DNA of 64,000 nt, from the NCBI GenBank assembly GCA_964625535.1, contig CAZVEX010000005.1, forward strand, positions 3,477 through 67,476. Direction: 5' to 3'. The notes under the pieces are model-generated. The model saw only the letters and a program-made list of their open reading frames with translations, had not been told where the DNA came from and searched no databases. This document shows positions 10,345-20,073 of this stretch, piece after piece. Position 1 is the stretch's first letter. The number at the start of each line of letters is the position of its first letter. The position numbers were made by a program, and so were the translations under genes. The stretch is from an uncultured Gammaproteobacteria bacterium (lineage in GTDB: Bacteria; Patescibacteriota; Microgenomatia; Daviesbacterales; UBA10151).

Positions 10345-10686
10345 ATGATTTCTAAAGAAATATTAGGGGTATTGGAAGATATAGCGGCTATACTACATAC
10401 TGGATCAACAGCAATGCCAAGCGGAGCTTATTATGTTTACGGGAAAGATGTACAAGAACAGCTAGTCCTAGTAAGAGCCAGACAAGAAACACCTACTGTA
10501 GCGATTCTTCAAGCGGAAATAGCATCCAGAGGAGGAACCAGAGCAACCCTGCAACTGCTAAATCCCACAATTAGAAGGATAGAGCGACCAGGAGATAATT
10601 GGATAAGAATATTCGGGGCTGAAGGTACTTTTTTAATAAGCCCCCAGTTGGGAGCACATATTTCTCACGGCCCACAGGGTTTATAA
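10345..10686 (+). CDS. Hypothetical protein
   Basis: 113-aa ORF in an intergenic position; no recognisable motif. Confidence 0.3.
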   Translation: MISKEILGVLEDIAAILHTGSTAMPSGAYYVYGKDVQEQLVLVRARQETPTVAILQAEIASRGGTRATLQLLNPTIRRIERPGDNWIRIFGAEGTFLISPQLGAHISHGPQGL

Positions 10687-10739
10687 TTTAAAAACAGGCA
10701 CGAATTCCCGCAAAATCACCGCAAATTAACCGCTTGGAA

Positions 10740-11486
10740 TTATTCTTTTGGGGGTTCTTTAGCTTCCTCTTGAGGCTGTTCAGCTTCAGTAGTAGCTTCG
10801 CCCTCTTCGCCCGCCGCAGCTTCAGCGGAGGCGGGTTCGGCCTCTCCTTCGGCCGGCGCAGCCTCTGCTTGAGCTTCTGCAGCTTCGGCAGCCTCCTCCT
10901 CCAGCAACTTCTCCATTTCTGCAGAAACAGCCGGAGCCAGTTTAACCACAATCTCCTCCAGGTCAGCGTGTATGGTCAATTTTTCCCTGTCAAATTCAAG
11001 TTGCCCCAAAGTTATAGCATCGTTAATTTCTTTAAGTAAACTTTGGTCAACTTCAATTTTTTCTATTAGATCCGCCGGTAGAGCTTCCACCTCCACTTCA
11101 TTTAAGGTTTGAAGAACTATAGCCTCCCCAAGGTGAACTTTTTCCGGCTCCTCCCCAATCAGTTCTATAGGAACAGGCACTTTCACCTTCTGGGATAAAT
11201 TAACCTGATAAAAATCAATATGCAAAGGGCTTCCTGAAATGGGGTCGTATTGCACTCCACGCACCAGCACAGGTCTTATTTTTTCCGCTCCGATCTTTAA
11301 ATCAATTAAACCGGTCTCCCCTGCTTCTTTAAAAGTTTTTAAGAAAGTTTTTCCGTCTACCGAAACATGCTCTGTTCCCAAGCCCTTACCAAAAACATGA
11401 GCCGGGAGTTTACCGCCCCGCCTTAAGTTCTTGACCTTTTTGCCTAAAATTTTTCGCTCTTCAGCAAGCAAACTTAATCTGTCCAT
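10740..11486 (-). CDS. rplY: 50S ribosomal protein L25 (bL25/Ctc form) with acidic Ala/Glu-rich C-terminal tail
   Basis: 'MDRLSLLAEERKILGKKVKNLRRGGKLPAHVFGKG' is a typical L25 N-terminus. The C-terminal ~55 aa is a low-complexity E/A tail. Confidence 0.85.
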   Translation of the reverse strand: MDRLSLLAEERKILGKKVKNLRRGGKLPAHVFGKGLGTEHVSVDGKTFLKTFKEAGETGLIDLKIGAEKIRPVLVRGVQYDPISGSPLHIDFYQVNLSQKVKVPVPIELIGEEPEKVHLGEAIVLQTLNEVEVEALPADLIEKIEVDQSLLKEINDAITLGQLEFDREKLTIHADLEEIVVKLAPAVSAEMEKLLEEEAAEAAEAQAEAAPAEGEAEPASAEAAAGEEGEATTEAEQPQEEAKEPPKE

Positions 11487-11545
11487 GGCTAGTTAATGTA
11501 CCACAAAATTCTCTCCCAAGCAAGCCCAAAAACTTAGCCCGTGGA

Positions 11546-12388
11546 TCAGGCCAGCCCCAAAATCACTACTCCCAGAAGAAGAATAACGGCGCCGGATAAA
11601 ACTTGCATCACCTGTTTTCTTTGAGTAATTTCCTTAAAATAATAAAGTCCCCATAAAACTGCAATCAATATTGCAGACTGACTAACAGGACCCATCTTTG
11701 ATAAACCAATCATAGAAAGCGAGATCAGCGACAGTAAATTACCAATATTCCAAATAAACCCACTTGATAAACTTTCTTTGATGGCCTCATTTTTAAATTT
11801 CACTCTCATTGCTTGTGAGATCAAAATACCTGTAATAAATATTCCCGCGCAAACAGGAAAGAAAAAATCCCGTGTAGCCACATTGCCAACTTTGATGGGT
11901 ACTAACTGGCTACCAAATATTAAACCAGCCACAATCCCTGCCAGCAGCCCTTTTTTAACATTTTGGCTGTGAGTATTACCAGTAGTACTGACTAAAATTA
12001 CTCCTAGCACTATCAGTCCTATCCCGAAAAACCCCATTGTTATGCCAGTAGGTAATTCACCAAACACTAATGCTCCCCATAAAAATGAAGATAGGATGAC
12101 AAGAGATGCTAAAAGCGGGGCCGCTCTCGAAAGCCCCAGATTTAATATAGCAACTAAGGATATGGCATTTGCGCTTGCCCATAAAACTCCGCTTAATAGG
12201 CCATACATATTTAATGTCAGAGAATAACCTAAAATCAAAGAGATCAAGAGCCCTGAAAGTCCTATTCCCACCGCCATTAAGGCCTGAAACTGAAGCAGGT
12301 TTTGAGATTTGGATATTTTAAAGGGGACCATATATGATCCCCAAAATAAAGCTGCCCCCAATGCTGCTAAAAAACCTAAATTTTCCAT
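11546..12388 (-). CDS. GRP-family (GlcU-like) sugar uptake membrane protein
   Basis: 280 aa, about 10 TM helices. N-terminal 'ALFWGSYMVPFK' is typical of the glucose/ribose porter family. Confidence 0.5.
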   Translation of the reverse strand: MENLGFLAALGAALFWGSYMVPFKISKSQNLLQFQALMAVGIGLSGLLISLILGYSLTLNMYGLLSGVLWASANAISLVAILNLGLSRAAPLLASLVILSSFLWGALVFGELPTGITMGFFGIGLIVLGVILVSTTGNTHSQNVKKGLLAGIVAGLIFGSQLVPIKVGNVATRDFFFPVCAGIFITGILISQAMRVKFKNEAIKESLSSGFIWNIGNLLSLISLSMIGLSKMGPVSQSAILIAVLWGLYYFKEITQRKQVMQVLSGAVILLLGVVILGLA

Positions 12389-15273
12389 TATTTGCTAAAT
12401 TGTACTTCAAAACTCCTGTCTTTTGACAGATCTGTAGAAATAGTTTGCTCCTGGGGCCCGATCACCCCTTGCTCTCCCTCCAGTTTATAATTGATGGGGT
12501 AGACAATCTTCCATTCCAGAGGCTCTTTCAAAGTACCCGGCTGCTTGATAATATTTAGTTTGTAAGAAGCAAGGTTGTTTTTAAAATCCAGCTTTTCCGG
12601 TAATTGATAGTCCAGAACCAAATTCTTCTGCTCCTTTGGATTTAACTCCAAAAGCATGGAATAGCCGGATCTGCCAAAATCCACAAAATTGGAAACTAAA
12701 GGGGTGATATCCGACTCACCCCACAAAGCCCTGATTAATTTGCTGCCAAAAGGCAGGTACATTCTCATTCTGTTTTTATATTTTCCTGCGGGCCAGACAT
12801 CAGATGGGCTTGCATTTAAATAGTTAATTTTCAATCTGTGGCGTATTTCCCCTTCCCTACCAACAACCGTTTCCAAATTATAATTTCGAACCAAATAATA
12901 ATTAGCCTTATTGGCTCCTAAATTGGCCTCGTTCAAGCTTAAAAAATCCTGAAAAAGACCTTCGATTTTAGCACCTGTCCGAGGCAGTGCCCCTGCCCAG
13001 TTTTCCGATACTACTAAAGAAAAAAGCTTGGGATCATCAAGATATAAAAGCATGTGTTTTTCCTCAAGAGACTGCCCCAGGGCCGACACAATCCCTGGCC
13101 AGTTTTGGCCCGATGAAAAAAAGATTTTATTTAAGGTTTGATTAACCAAGGCGGTTAAAAAGCTCTTTTTGGCTTGAGAACCGGGGAAAAAGCCTGCTTC
13201 CGCATGAGTCACTGCCCGCTCAAACAAATTCTCGTTGGTGATGATCTCGCCGTAGTCGGCCAGATCCAGCGGACCCAACACCTCCAGCAGCTTTTCCATG
13301 CCGGAAACGTCCAAAGCCACCACCCCCCAAACCTTCTCCCCTGTTTCCTTGGTATAAAACCATTCCGCCTGCCTGGCGGAGGTGGGAAAATCCGGTTCCC
13401 AGTTGCTATCGCGCAGATACCAGTTGTTTTGGCCCAGGTCTTCTTTAATTTCCTTGGGAGGCTCAACATGAATGCTTAACTGCCCGTCTATGGCATAAAC
13501 ATCATTTACTTTGAGAGTCTGCAGTTTGCCTCCCTGAAAATTGACCACCGCAAAAGATCCTATAAAACCGCCTGTGGGCCGAAGCTCCATATTGTTTTGC
13601 AGTAAAATCAGGTAGTTTTTACTCCCCTCCATAGCCACAATTTCCGGCAAAATGGCTGCGGCGGCTTTAGCCTGTTTAACCAGATCGCCGTAGAACAAAA
13701 GACTTTTCTTTAAGCTGTTAACTCTGGGGAGCAGAAAACTCGGCACTCTTTGCAAAAATTCCTCTTCACCCAGTTGCGCCTGCGCGTAAGATAAACCCTC
13801 ATAGGCTTTGGCCAGTTCCGCTTGCGAGGCGGCAAAATACTCCTTGGGTGAGGCATTAAGCTCCCCTGTAACAGCCCGCAGGCCCTGATAAAGAAGCTTT
13901 ATTCCTTCAATACTGGACCCTGCTGCGTCTGCCGATGCTTGCGCCAGGCTGGACAACTCATTCCCTAACCTAAATTGATCTTTTAAAAAACCCGCCTCTT
14001 TCAAAGGTTCAAGCTGACTAAAGACGGCTTTTGCCTCCAACGCTACCTGTTGGGCCCGGCCCGCATTTTGCAAGCTGGCTTCAAAATCTCCTTTAGACAA
14101 ATTTTCCGCAGCCCGGGAAAGCTCCATCCTAAAAGTCGACACCCCGACCCCCACCTTTAGAGCGGGCCATAAAAGAGCGTAAAAAATTAATGCCGCAATT
14201 AATAAAGGCCCTATTTTGTATTTGGCAAATTTCATCCCGGGTATTTTCAGAGGTTTTTTTGGAGCAGTCTCTTTAGCCAAATCTTTATGTTTTTCCAAAT
14301 CCTTAAACTCCTCCAGCTCCTTTTTTTTGTCACTCCCCCATTCCATATCTTTTTTAATCTCCTCTTCCTGCTCCAAATTCTCTGGCATGTCAAAACTGCG
14401 ATCCTTAAAATAGCTTAGAGTCTCTTTTAAAGCTTCAACCAGGCCTGTTTGTGGATGCCAGTTTAGAAATTGAATAGTTTTTTGCAAATTGGGAGTTGGC
14501 CAGGGCGGCAATTCCTGGGGAGTAAAACCCTTTTGGTCGTACCAGACAGGATCCAAAAGCACTTGTTTTATTTCAGTCACTTTGATCGGAGTGGGCAGTA
14601 CTCCGTCAAAGATTTTTAAAGCCGTGGCCCCGGACAGCATGCTTTTAACTGCCAAATCCACCGCATCGCCGATAAACAAACTTCTGGCGGAAAAATCCGC
14701 CACCAGCGTTTCACTTTGCAACTCCCCTTTTAAGGCAGCATAGATCAGACGGGCAATCGGATCATCCTTGGCAAAATCCATTCTGGGGCCAAAAACCGGG
14801 CCCAAACGCAGGATTCTGGCGTTTAAATGATGCTCGCTGGCAAACCCGGCGAGGCGAGCTTCCATCCTTTTTAACCAACTTAAATCCTCTGAAGTTTTAG
14901 CGTCGTACAGCTTGATGTTGGAAACCAGGAGAAAACGGCAGGTATGTTTTTTAAAATAATCAAAAATTACTCCCAAATCCCATTTTTTTTGGGGAATAAC
15001 ATAAATATAATCAAGTCTTGACAAATCAAGATCCAAACTGCTGGGAGGGGAGATAACCAGATGGAAATTTTTACTCTTGGATGATACTTGTAGATTTTCC
15101 TTTTTCCCTTCTTTAAAATCATCTACCCCCACTACCTGCAAACCTTTATCCAGCAAACGGTCAACCACGCTCGAACCCAAAAATCCCGCAGCTCCCACAA
15201 CTAAAGCTACCGGAGTGTTTCGCGAAAGTAAAATGCTTGCTTTTTGGTTGATATAATTTGGCTTTTCGTCCAC
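12388..15273 (-). CDS. NAD-dependent epimerase/dehydratase-like domain fused to a TM helix and a large extracytoplasmic domain of unknown function (DUF4012-like)
   Basis: 961 aa. N-terminal Rossmann 'VALVVGAAGFLGSSVV', a TM helix near aa 345-365, then an ~600-aa extracytoplasmic domain. ATGA-type 1-nt overlap with the upstream transporter gene. Confidence 0.5.
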   Translation of the reverse strand: MDEKPNYINQKASILLSRNTPVALVVGAAGFLGSSVVDRLLDKGLQVVGVDDFKEGKKENLQVSSKSKNFHLVISPPSSLDLDLSRLDYIYVIPQKKWDLGVIFDYFKKHTCRFLLVSNIKLYDAKTSEDLSWLKRMEARLAGFASEHHLNARILRLGPVFGPRMDFAKDDPIARLIYAALKGELQSETLVADFSARSLFIGDAVDLAVKSMLSGATALKIFDGVLPTPIKVTEIKQVLLDPVWYDQKGFTPQELPPWPTPNLQKTIQFLNWHPQTGLVEALKETLSYFKDRSFDMPENLEQEEEIKKDMEWGSDKKKELEEFKDLEKHKDLAKETAPKKPLKIPGMKFAKYKIGPLLIAALIFYALLWPALKVGVGVSTFRMELSRAAENLSKGDFEASLQNAGRAQQVALEAKAVFSQLEPLKEAGFLKDQFRLGNELSSLAQASADAAGSSIEGIKLLYQGLRAVTGELNASPKEYFAASQAELAKAYEGLSYAQAQLGEEEFLQRVPSFLLPRVNSLKKSLLFYGDLVKQAKAAAAILPEIVAMEGSKNYLILLQNNMELRPTGGFIGSFAVVNFQGGKLQTLKVNDVYAIDGQLSIHVEPPKEIKEDLGQNNWYLRDSNWEPDFPTSARQAEWFYTKETGEKVWGVVALDVSGMEKLLEVLGPLDLADYGEIITNENLFERAVTHAEAGFFPGSQAKKSFLTALVNQTLNKIFFSSGQNWPGIVSALGQSLEEKHMLLYLDDPKLFSLVVSENWAGALPRTGAKIEGLFQDFLSLNEANLGANKANYYLVRNYNLETVVGREGEIRHRLKINYLNASPSDVWPAGKYKNRMRMYLPFGSKLIRALWGESDITPLVSNFVDFGRSGYSMLLELNPKEQKNLVLDYQLPEKLDFKNNLASYKLNIIKQPGTLKEPLEWKIVYPINYKLEGEQGVIGPQEQTISTDLSKDRSFEVQFSK

Positions 15274-15324
15274 GCGTAAATCGTAGCACTAAAATCAGGT
15301 AATGCAAGAGAGAGGAATGGTATC

Positions 15325-15735
15325 TTAATAGATCCTGTCTAAGGCTTCATTGGCCAGTTGGTCGGCCCGGAAATTTTCCGATCTTGGCACATGAGAAAAG
15401 GTAACTCCGCAAAGTTCCAGAGATAAAATTTTAATTTGTTGAAATATTGGCTTTAGGTGTTTAGCCTTAATTTTAAAATTCCCTGAAAGCTGCTCTGCCA
15501 CCAGCTTGGAATCGGCAAAAAGTTCTGTCGTCTCTATCTCTTCGCTCAAGTTGTCCTTGACATACTGCAAAGCTTTTAAAACAGCTGTGTATTCGGCCAC
15601 ATTATTGGTTGTTACTCCTATGTATTTACCCTCCTGGTGGATAAGTTTTCCACTTTTTTCGGAAATAGTAAAGCCGTAAGAGGCTTTTCCGGGATTACCG
15701 CGCGAAGCTCCATCTGTGTAAATAATCAATTTCAT
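15325..15735 (-). CDS. rnhA: Ribonuclease HI
   Basis: 'MKLIIYTDGASRGNPG' RNase H1 signature. Start placed at the internal Met (the track ORF extends to 15798 into the upstream gene). Confidence 0.85.
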   Translation of the reverse strand: MKLIIYTDGASRGNPGKASYGFTISEKSGKLIHQEGKYIGVTTNNVAEYTAVLKALQYVKDNLSEEIETTELFADSKLVAEQLSGNFKIKAKHLKPIFQQIKILSLELCGVTFSHVPRSENFRADQLANEALDRIY

Positions 15736-16952
15736 TTCCTTAAGAGTATGGCTGCTTGCAGCCCCAAAATCAAGTATTCGGAAATTCCCGTAATCCAAGA
15801 AGCTGCCACATATGAATATCGGGGAATAAAAATAAAATTTAAAGCGATGTTTGTTACTAACCCCAAGCTGTAAATCAAAAGCATTTTTTTATACATTTTC
15901 TTGGCCACCATCATCCACATGAGCAGAGCGGATAAAAAATAGGCGGGTAAACCCAGGGAAAGAATCTGCAGGGAGGTCGCAGAACCCGCAAATCCCGTAC
16001 CTGTAATTAATTTAATTATGAGGGGTGATAAGTAGTAAATAACCAGTAGTATGGAAAAGGATAAAAACAAAAGTCCCAAAGCTGCCATTTTGATTTGATA
16101 ACCAAAACGGTCAATATTGTTTTTTAAGGTTTGGAGCATCATGGGATAAAAAGAGTTCATAATGAAGGTAGGTAGTACCAAAATAGACTGAAACACTTGA
16201 TAAGCCACATTATAAATACCAACTTCAGCTGAACCTTTGTAAAAGGAGATTATAAAAGCGTCAGCCCTAAAATAGATAACATTTAAAAATAGCGTTGCTG
16301 CCAGAGGAAAGCTACCTTGAAATAAAGCCACCAGATATTTTTTGCTAAAAATGGGGGAGAGTTGTTTAATAATTCTTCTGACCAGAAGTAGCAGAAGGCC
16401 GGTATAAATAAGCCATGACAAAACATAACCAACAGTCAATAAATACACAGGCGCGCGGGCGCTTGACAAATAAAAAATCAATAAAACTCCGGCCGGAGCG
16501 GACAGAAAAACAGGCCAGGTAGAATATTCATATTTTAGATTAACTTGAATTAATGCTTGAGCGCAGAAAAACAGGCTATTTAGAAAAATCGTTAACACAC
16601 CAACTAAAACAGCTAATTTAAAATCCACTAGACCGGGCGCAAAAACAAGTGGTAACACGGCTGCCAGAATTGTTAAAAATGCTCCCCAGAGAATTCTAAT
16701 TCCTAATAATTTTCTCCATTCTAAAGAGAAGTTCGACTCCTGAAGTCTTCTTAAAATATAACCGTTAAAACCGAAATCAGCTAAAACATAAAAGAAGGCT
16801 AAATAAGTCAGTGCTAAAGTAAAATCTCCTAAACCTGCTTCACCGTAATTTCTCGAAACTATCCCTAAAATAACAAATCCGCCTGAAGTGGTAACTACCT
16901 TAAAAACAGCCTGCCAAAAAGTCTGCTGGAAGATTTTTTTAACCTTTTGCAC
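15732..16952 (-). CDS. Polysaccharide biosynthesis protein / oligosaccharide flippase (Wzx-like, MOP superfamily)
   Basis: 406 aa, about 12 TM helices. N-terminal 'VTTSGGFVILGIVSRNYGEAGLGDFTLALTYLAFF' is typical of the Wzx/PST family. Confidence 0.7.
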   Translation of the reverse strand: MQKVKKIFQQTFWQAVFKVVTTSGGFVILGIVSRNYGEAGLGDFTLALTYLAFFYVLADFGFNGYILRRLQESNFSLEWRKLLGIRILWGAFLTILAAVLPLVFAPGLVDFKLAVLVGVLTIFLNSLFFCAQALIQVNLKYEYSTWPVFLSAPAGVLLIFYLSSARAPVYLLTVGYVLSWLIYTGLLLLLVRRIIKQLSPIFSKKYLVALFQGSFPLAATLFLNVIYFRADAFIISFYKGSAEVGIYNVAYQVFQSILVLPTFIMNSFYPMMLQTLKNNIDRFGYQIKMAALGLLFLSFSILLVIYYLSPLIIKLITGTGFAGSATSLQILSLGLPAYFLSALLMWMMVAKKMYKKMLLIYSLGLVTNIALNFIFIPRYSYVAASWITGISEYLILGLQAAILLRK

Positions 16953-16956
16953 AAAA

Positions 16957-18102
16957 TCATTTTAACTTTAAACGGGCTAAAGATAAACCCCAAACTAAAA
17001 ATAACAATCTGTAACCTTGAGGCAGGGTTAAAAAGTAATGGTCAAATAAACCCAGGAATAGTATGGCGTATAGGGTATAGCGTATAGAGGGTAATTTCAA
17101 AAAATAGCCAATAAGACCAATAAATCCAATTAGACCTATTATCCCGGTCTCCGAGAGCTCAAGAAGAAAAATATTGTGCACGGGCTGTAAAAATCTGCTG
17201 GGGCCAGAAACTAAATCCTGCTGGGCCGAAATAAAATTATTTAAGCCCACCCCAAAAAGAGGCGCGCTTTTAAACATTTCCCAGGCTTCAATGCTTAAAC
17301 CTTCTCTTCGCAAGATCGTTAAACTATCATAACTAAAAAGAGCCTGGAATCTGGTATAAAGAATGGGGGAAAGCAAAAGCGCTGATACCAACAAAATAAG
17401 TTGCCATTTTTTAGGTAAAGTCAGAAGCCCCAAGATAAATCCTCCCAAAATTGCCACTCTGGACATAGTTAAAACAATTATTATTCCACCAATTATCAGT
17501 AAAATTCTTGAGGAAAGCAGTGATAGAACAACTATCATGTATCCTGCCAAAACATTGGGATGAGGAAAGGTTGCGTAAGGCCGTAAAAATTGCCAGCCGA
17601 AGAAATCAAACTTGGCAATACCCGGCGTTGAAATAGAAAAAGTTCTTTCCCCTAAAATCCAAAGCCCCAGTGTCCCTCCTTTTATAAATTGTAAAATAGC
17701 CAAGCCTGCCTCAAATAAAATCCCTACAGAAAGAGGCAAAAAAATTCTATTTAAATTTTCCCATCTTTGGGATGCAAGGTAGACTCCCAAAAAACCAGCT
17801 ATTACATATTGTTCCAGCCTGACTAAACCCGCTCCGATATTTTCCGCTCCTAATAAAGATAAAGCTTGGGTTATTAAAAAAATTAGCAGCAGATTTAAGG
17901 CTAATTTATTAACTTTTGGTTTTGTTATAACCCAGGTTATTAAAAGTCCTATTACCAATATGTCCCAAAAATATAAAGTGGGGGAAAGATAGTCTATTTT
18001 TAGGGAATAAATATAGGAAAATTGTGGCCAAAAATGGCGACCAAGTTGAGTGGGTAAAAAGAGCAGGGTTAGAAAAAGAAGAATGCTCTCAATCCTCTTC
18101 AC
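16957..18102 (-). CDS. O-antigen ligase/polymerase-like membrane protein (Wzy_C family)
   Basis: 381 aa, polytopic. 'PVHNIFLLELSETGIIGLIGFIGL' Wzy_C-like motif with a conserved His. Confidence 0.65.
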   Translation of the reverse strand: MKRIESILLFLTLLFLPTQLGRHFWPQFSYIYSLKIDYLSPTLYFWDILVIGLLITWVITKPKVNKLALNLLLIFLITQALSLLGAENIGAGLVRLEQYVIAGFLGVYLASQRWENLNRIFLPLSVGILFEAGLAILQFIKGGTLGLWILGERTFSISTPGIAKFDFFGWQFLRPYATFPHPNVLAGYMIVVLSLLSSRILLIIGGIIIVLTMSRVAILGGFILGLLTLPKKWQLILLVSALLLSPILYTRFQALFSYDSLTILRREGLSIEAWEMFKSAPLFGVGLNNFISAQQDLVSGPSRFLQPVHNIFLLELSETGIIGLIGFIGLIGYFLKLPSIRYTLYAILFLGLFDHYFLTLPQGYRLLFLVWGLSLARLKLK

Positions 18103-18551
18103 TTTTGGCTTTTGACTTTAATCACAATATGTCTGTCCCGTCCCTCGCCAATGCTCTCGCTTTCAACTCCTTCCATCTCCGATACCACCATATGTACTAT
18201 TCGCCGCTGCCAGGGACTCATTGGCTCAAGTTCTAAATCCGCTCCCGTATCTAAAACCTTCGTCACCCAGCTTTTTGCGCTGGCAGCGAGCTCTTCTTCT
18301 TTTTGTTTTCTCCACCCTCCCACATCCAAAATTACTCTTTTATAATCATCTGCCATTTTTCTGGAAATCATCTGATTAACGATTAACTGCAGCCCGTCCA
18401 AAGATTGCCCTCCCGAACCAATTAAGCGGCCCGCGTCTTTGGTTTCAATCAAAACATGAAGGCCGTTTTCATCTTCCTCAATTTCATAAGAGCCTTCCAA
18501 AAGAAGCAGTCCCAAGATATAATCTAAAATGTTTGATAGTTCTTGTTCCAT
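18099..18551 (-). CDS. jag: Jag/KhpB-like KH-R3H RNA-binding protein
   Basis: R3H motif '...SPWQRRIVHMVVSEMEGVESESIGEGRDRHIVIK'. Conserved position downstream of yidC. Confidence 0.8.
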   Translation of the reverse strand: MEQELSNILDYILGLLLLEGSYEIEEDENGLHVLIETKDAGRLIGSGGQSLDGLQLIVNQMISRKMADDYKRVILDVGGWRKQKEEELAASAKSWVTKVLDTGADLELEPMSPWQRRIVHMVVSEMEGVESESIGEGRDRHIVIKVKSQK

Positions 18552-18563
18552 AAATTTTACACC

Positions 18564-19409
18564 TTACGCTTTAAATTTAAACTTTCCGGCGAAGCCGGAT
18601 AAACCTCCCCAGCCCGCCAGCCGATATTGCTGAATTATCCCCAGTATTGTATATGTATTCCAGTAAATTGCAAGCCCGATGGGAAATTGAAAGGCAAAAT
18701 AGCCTATCATGACAGGCATCAGATAAACCATTTGAGATTGGACCTGGCCCATGCTTTCTTCCAATCCCTCTTTTTCTTTTGTTTCTTTGGGGCTCTCTCC
18801 GGCATGATGCTTAATAGCCTTGGGCATGGTCATTTTTGACTGGATAAAGGTTAAGGCGGCGGTTGCAACAGGAATCAAAAGCAGGGCCGGCCCGTATTTA
18901 ACAAATTCCGACGGCTTAACCCCTAAATTCAATCCGAAGAAATTCGGGTCGGGCAAGCTCTTTAGATGCATGGAAGGGACATACAGGAGCGAATTCACCC
19001 AATCTAAATTGGCCTGACCCGTTCCGGGCAAAATATTAATAATTGCCTGGTACAACCCGATGAATACGGGGATCTGAAGAAGCGCCGGCAAACAGCCTCC
19101 GGCAGGATTAACTCCATGCTCTTTATAAAGAGCCATTTGAGCGCCGGCCAGAGCTTTTTTGTCGCCTGAATGTTTTTTCTTAAGCTCGTCCAGATGAGGT
19201 TTTAAATCGGCCATTTTTTTGGTCATTTTAATTTGAGACGACATCAACGGCCAGACCAAAAGTCTGATGGCCACGGTTAAAATAATCAGGGCAAATCCCA
19301 AGGCCCCAGGGAGGCGCAATGACTGCAAAAACTGGAATGTAATTATCAGAAGATTAATAATCGGCTGTATAAACGCGGCAATAAAAATATCCCCGATATT
19401 CATCTGCAA
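18564..19409 (-). CDS. yidC: Membrane protein insertase YidC/Oxa1
   Basis: 'GGCLPALLQIPVFIGLYQ' YidC signature. Conserved rnpA-yidD-yidC order. Confidence 0.9.
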   Translation of the reverse strand: MQMNIGDIFIAAFIQPIINLLIITFQFLQSLRLPGALGFALIILTVAIRLLVWPLMSSQIKMTKKMADLKPHLDELKKKHSGDKKALAGAQMALYKEHGVNPAGGCLPALLQIPVFIGLYQAIINILPGTGQANLDWVNSLLYVPSMHLKSLPDPNFFGLNLGVKPSEFVKYGPALLLIPVATAALTFIQSKMTMPKAIKHHAGESPKETKEKEGLEESMGQVQSQMVYLMPVMIGYFAFQFPIGLAIYWNTYTILGIIQQYRLAGWGGLSGFAGKFKFKA

Positions 19410-19600
19410 CTCCAGATTCTTTTTACGCCCATCAATACCCCTTTAATGATCCCGAAACGCATGACGCTTTGTTTGGTATATTCAGAGCAGGAAATGGGAT
19501 TTTTGCAAGCTCCTCCGGGGGCAAAAACCCGTAGCAACCCATGGTCAAAAGATAAGAATAATTGATAAAAGTTAATTAGGCTAATTAATAATCTTCTCAT
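19400..19600 (-). CDS. yidD: Membrane protein insertion efficiency factor YidD
   Basis: 66 aa with conserved 'C..P.SCSEY' and a C-terminal Cys. Confidence 0.8.
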   Translation of the reverse strand: MRRLLISLINFYQLFLSFDHGLLRVFAPGGACKNPISCSEYTKQSVMRFGIIKGVLMGVKRIWSCR

Positions 19601-19919
19601 TTCGTAACTTTTCCTCTAAATCCAAAAACACCAGACCTGATTTTACACTAAGAATACCTGCTTTGGGAAGGGCCACTATGTTTATGCCTGCAGGCAAGAT
19701 AGGAAACAGCGCCTCTACGGCCCAGGAAGTAAGCCTCTTGGCTCTATTTCTCTCTGCGGCTTTTTTAAATGATTTTCCGGAAACGGCAATGCCGATCCTG
19801 GGCTTTGCATTATCACCCGTTTTGATAAAAAGTTTTAAGTATTTAGTTTCCAGTTTCTTGCCTGCGGCAACCCGCTTAAAATCTGTTTTTAAGTTGAGTC
19901 TTTGGGATTTAGGAAGCAT
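19581..19919 (-). CDS. rnpA: Ribonuclease P protein component
   Basis: 'MLPKSQRLNLKTDFKRV...' RnpA family. Directly downstream of rpmH. Confidence 0.85.
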   Translation of the reverse strand: MLPKSQRLNLKTDFKRVAAGKKLETKYLKLFIKTGDNAKPRIGIAVSGKSFKKAAERNRAKRLTSWAVEALFPILPAGINIVALPKAGILSVKSGLVFLDLEEKLRNEKIIN

Positions 19920-19926
19920 ATTGAAG

Positions 19927-20064
19927 CTAGACCGTCAGTTTTTTCCTGCCTCTTGCCATTCTTCTTTTCAAAACCCTTCTGCCGTCGTGAGTTCTTGCCC
20001 TTTTAAGAAACCCGTGCTTTTTCGCTCTTTTTAATTTTTTGGGCTGGTATGTTCTTTTCGGCAT
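19927..20064 (-). CDS. rpmH: 50S ribosomal protein L34
   Basis: Absent from the ORF track (<60 aa). Reverse-strand translation gives '[45 protein letters not shown]'. Confidence 0.85.
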   Translation of the reverse strand: MPKRTYQPKKLKRAKKHGFLKRARTHDGRRVLKRRMARGRKKLTV

Positions 20065-20073
20065 ACCAGTTGA

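Noticed and set aside
10688-11039. Two overlapping ORFs (87 aa minus, 101 aa plus) rich in R/K/L or S/F
   Set aside because: They overlap the acidic E/A low-complexity tail of the L25 gene in alternative frames. L25 is the supported gene.
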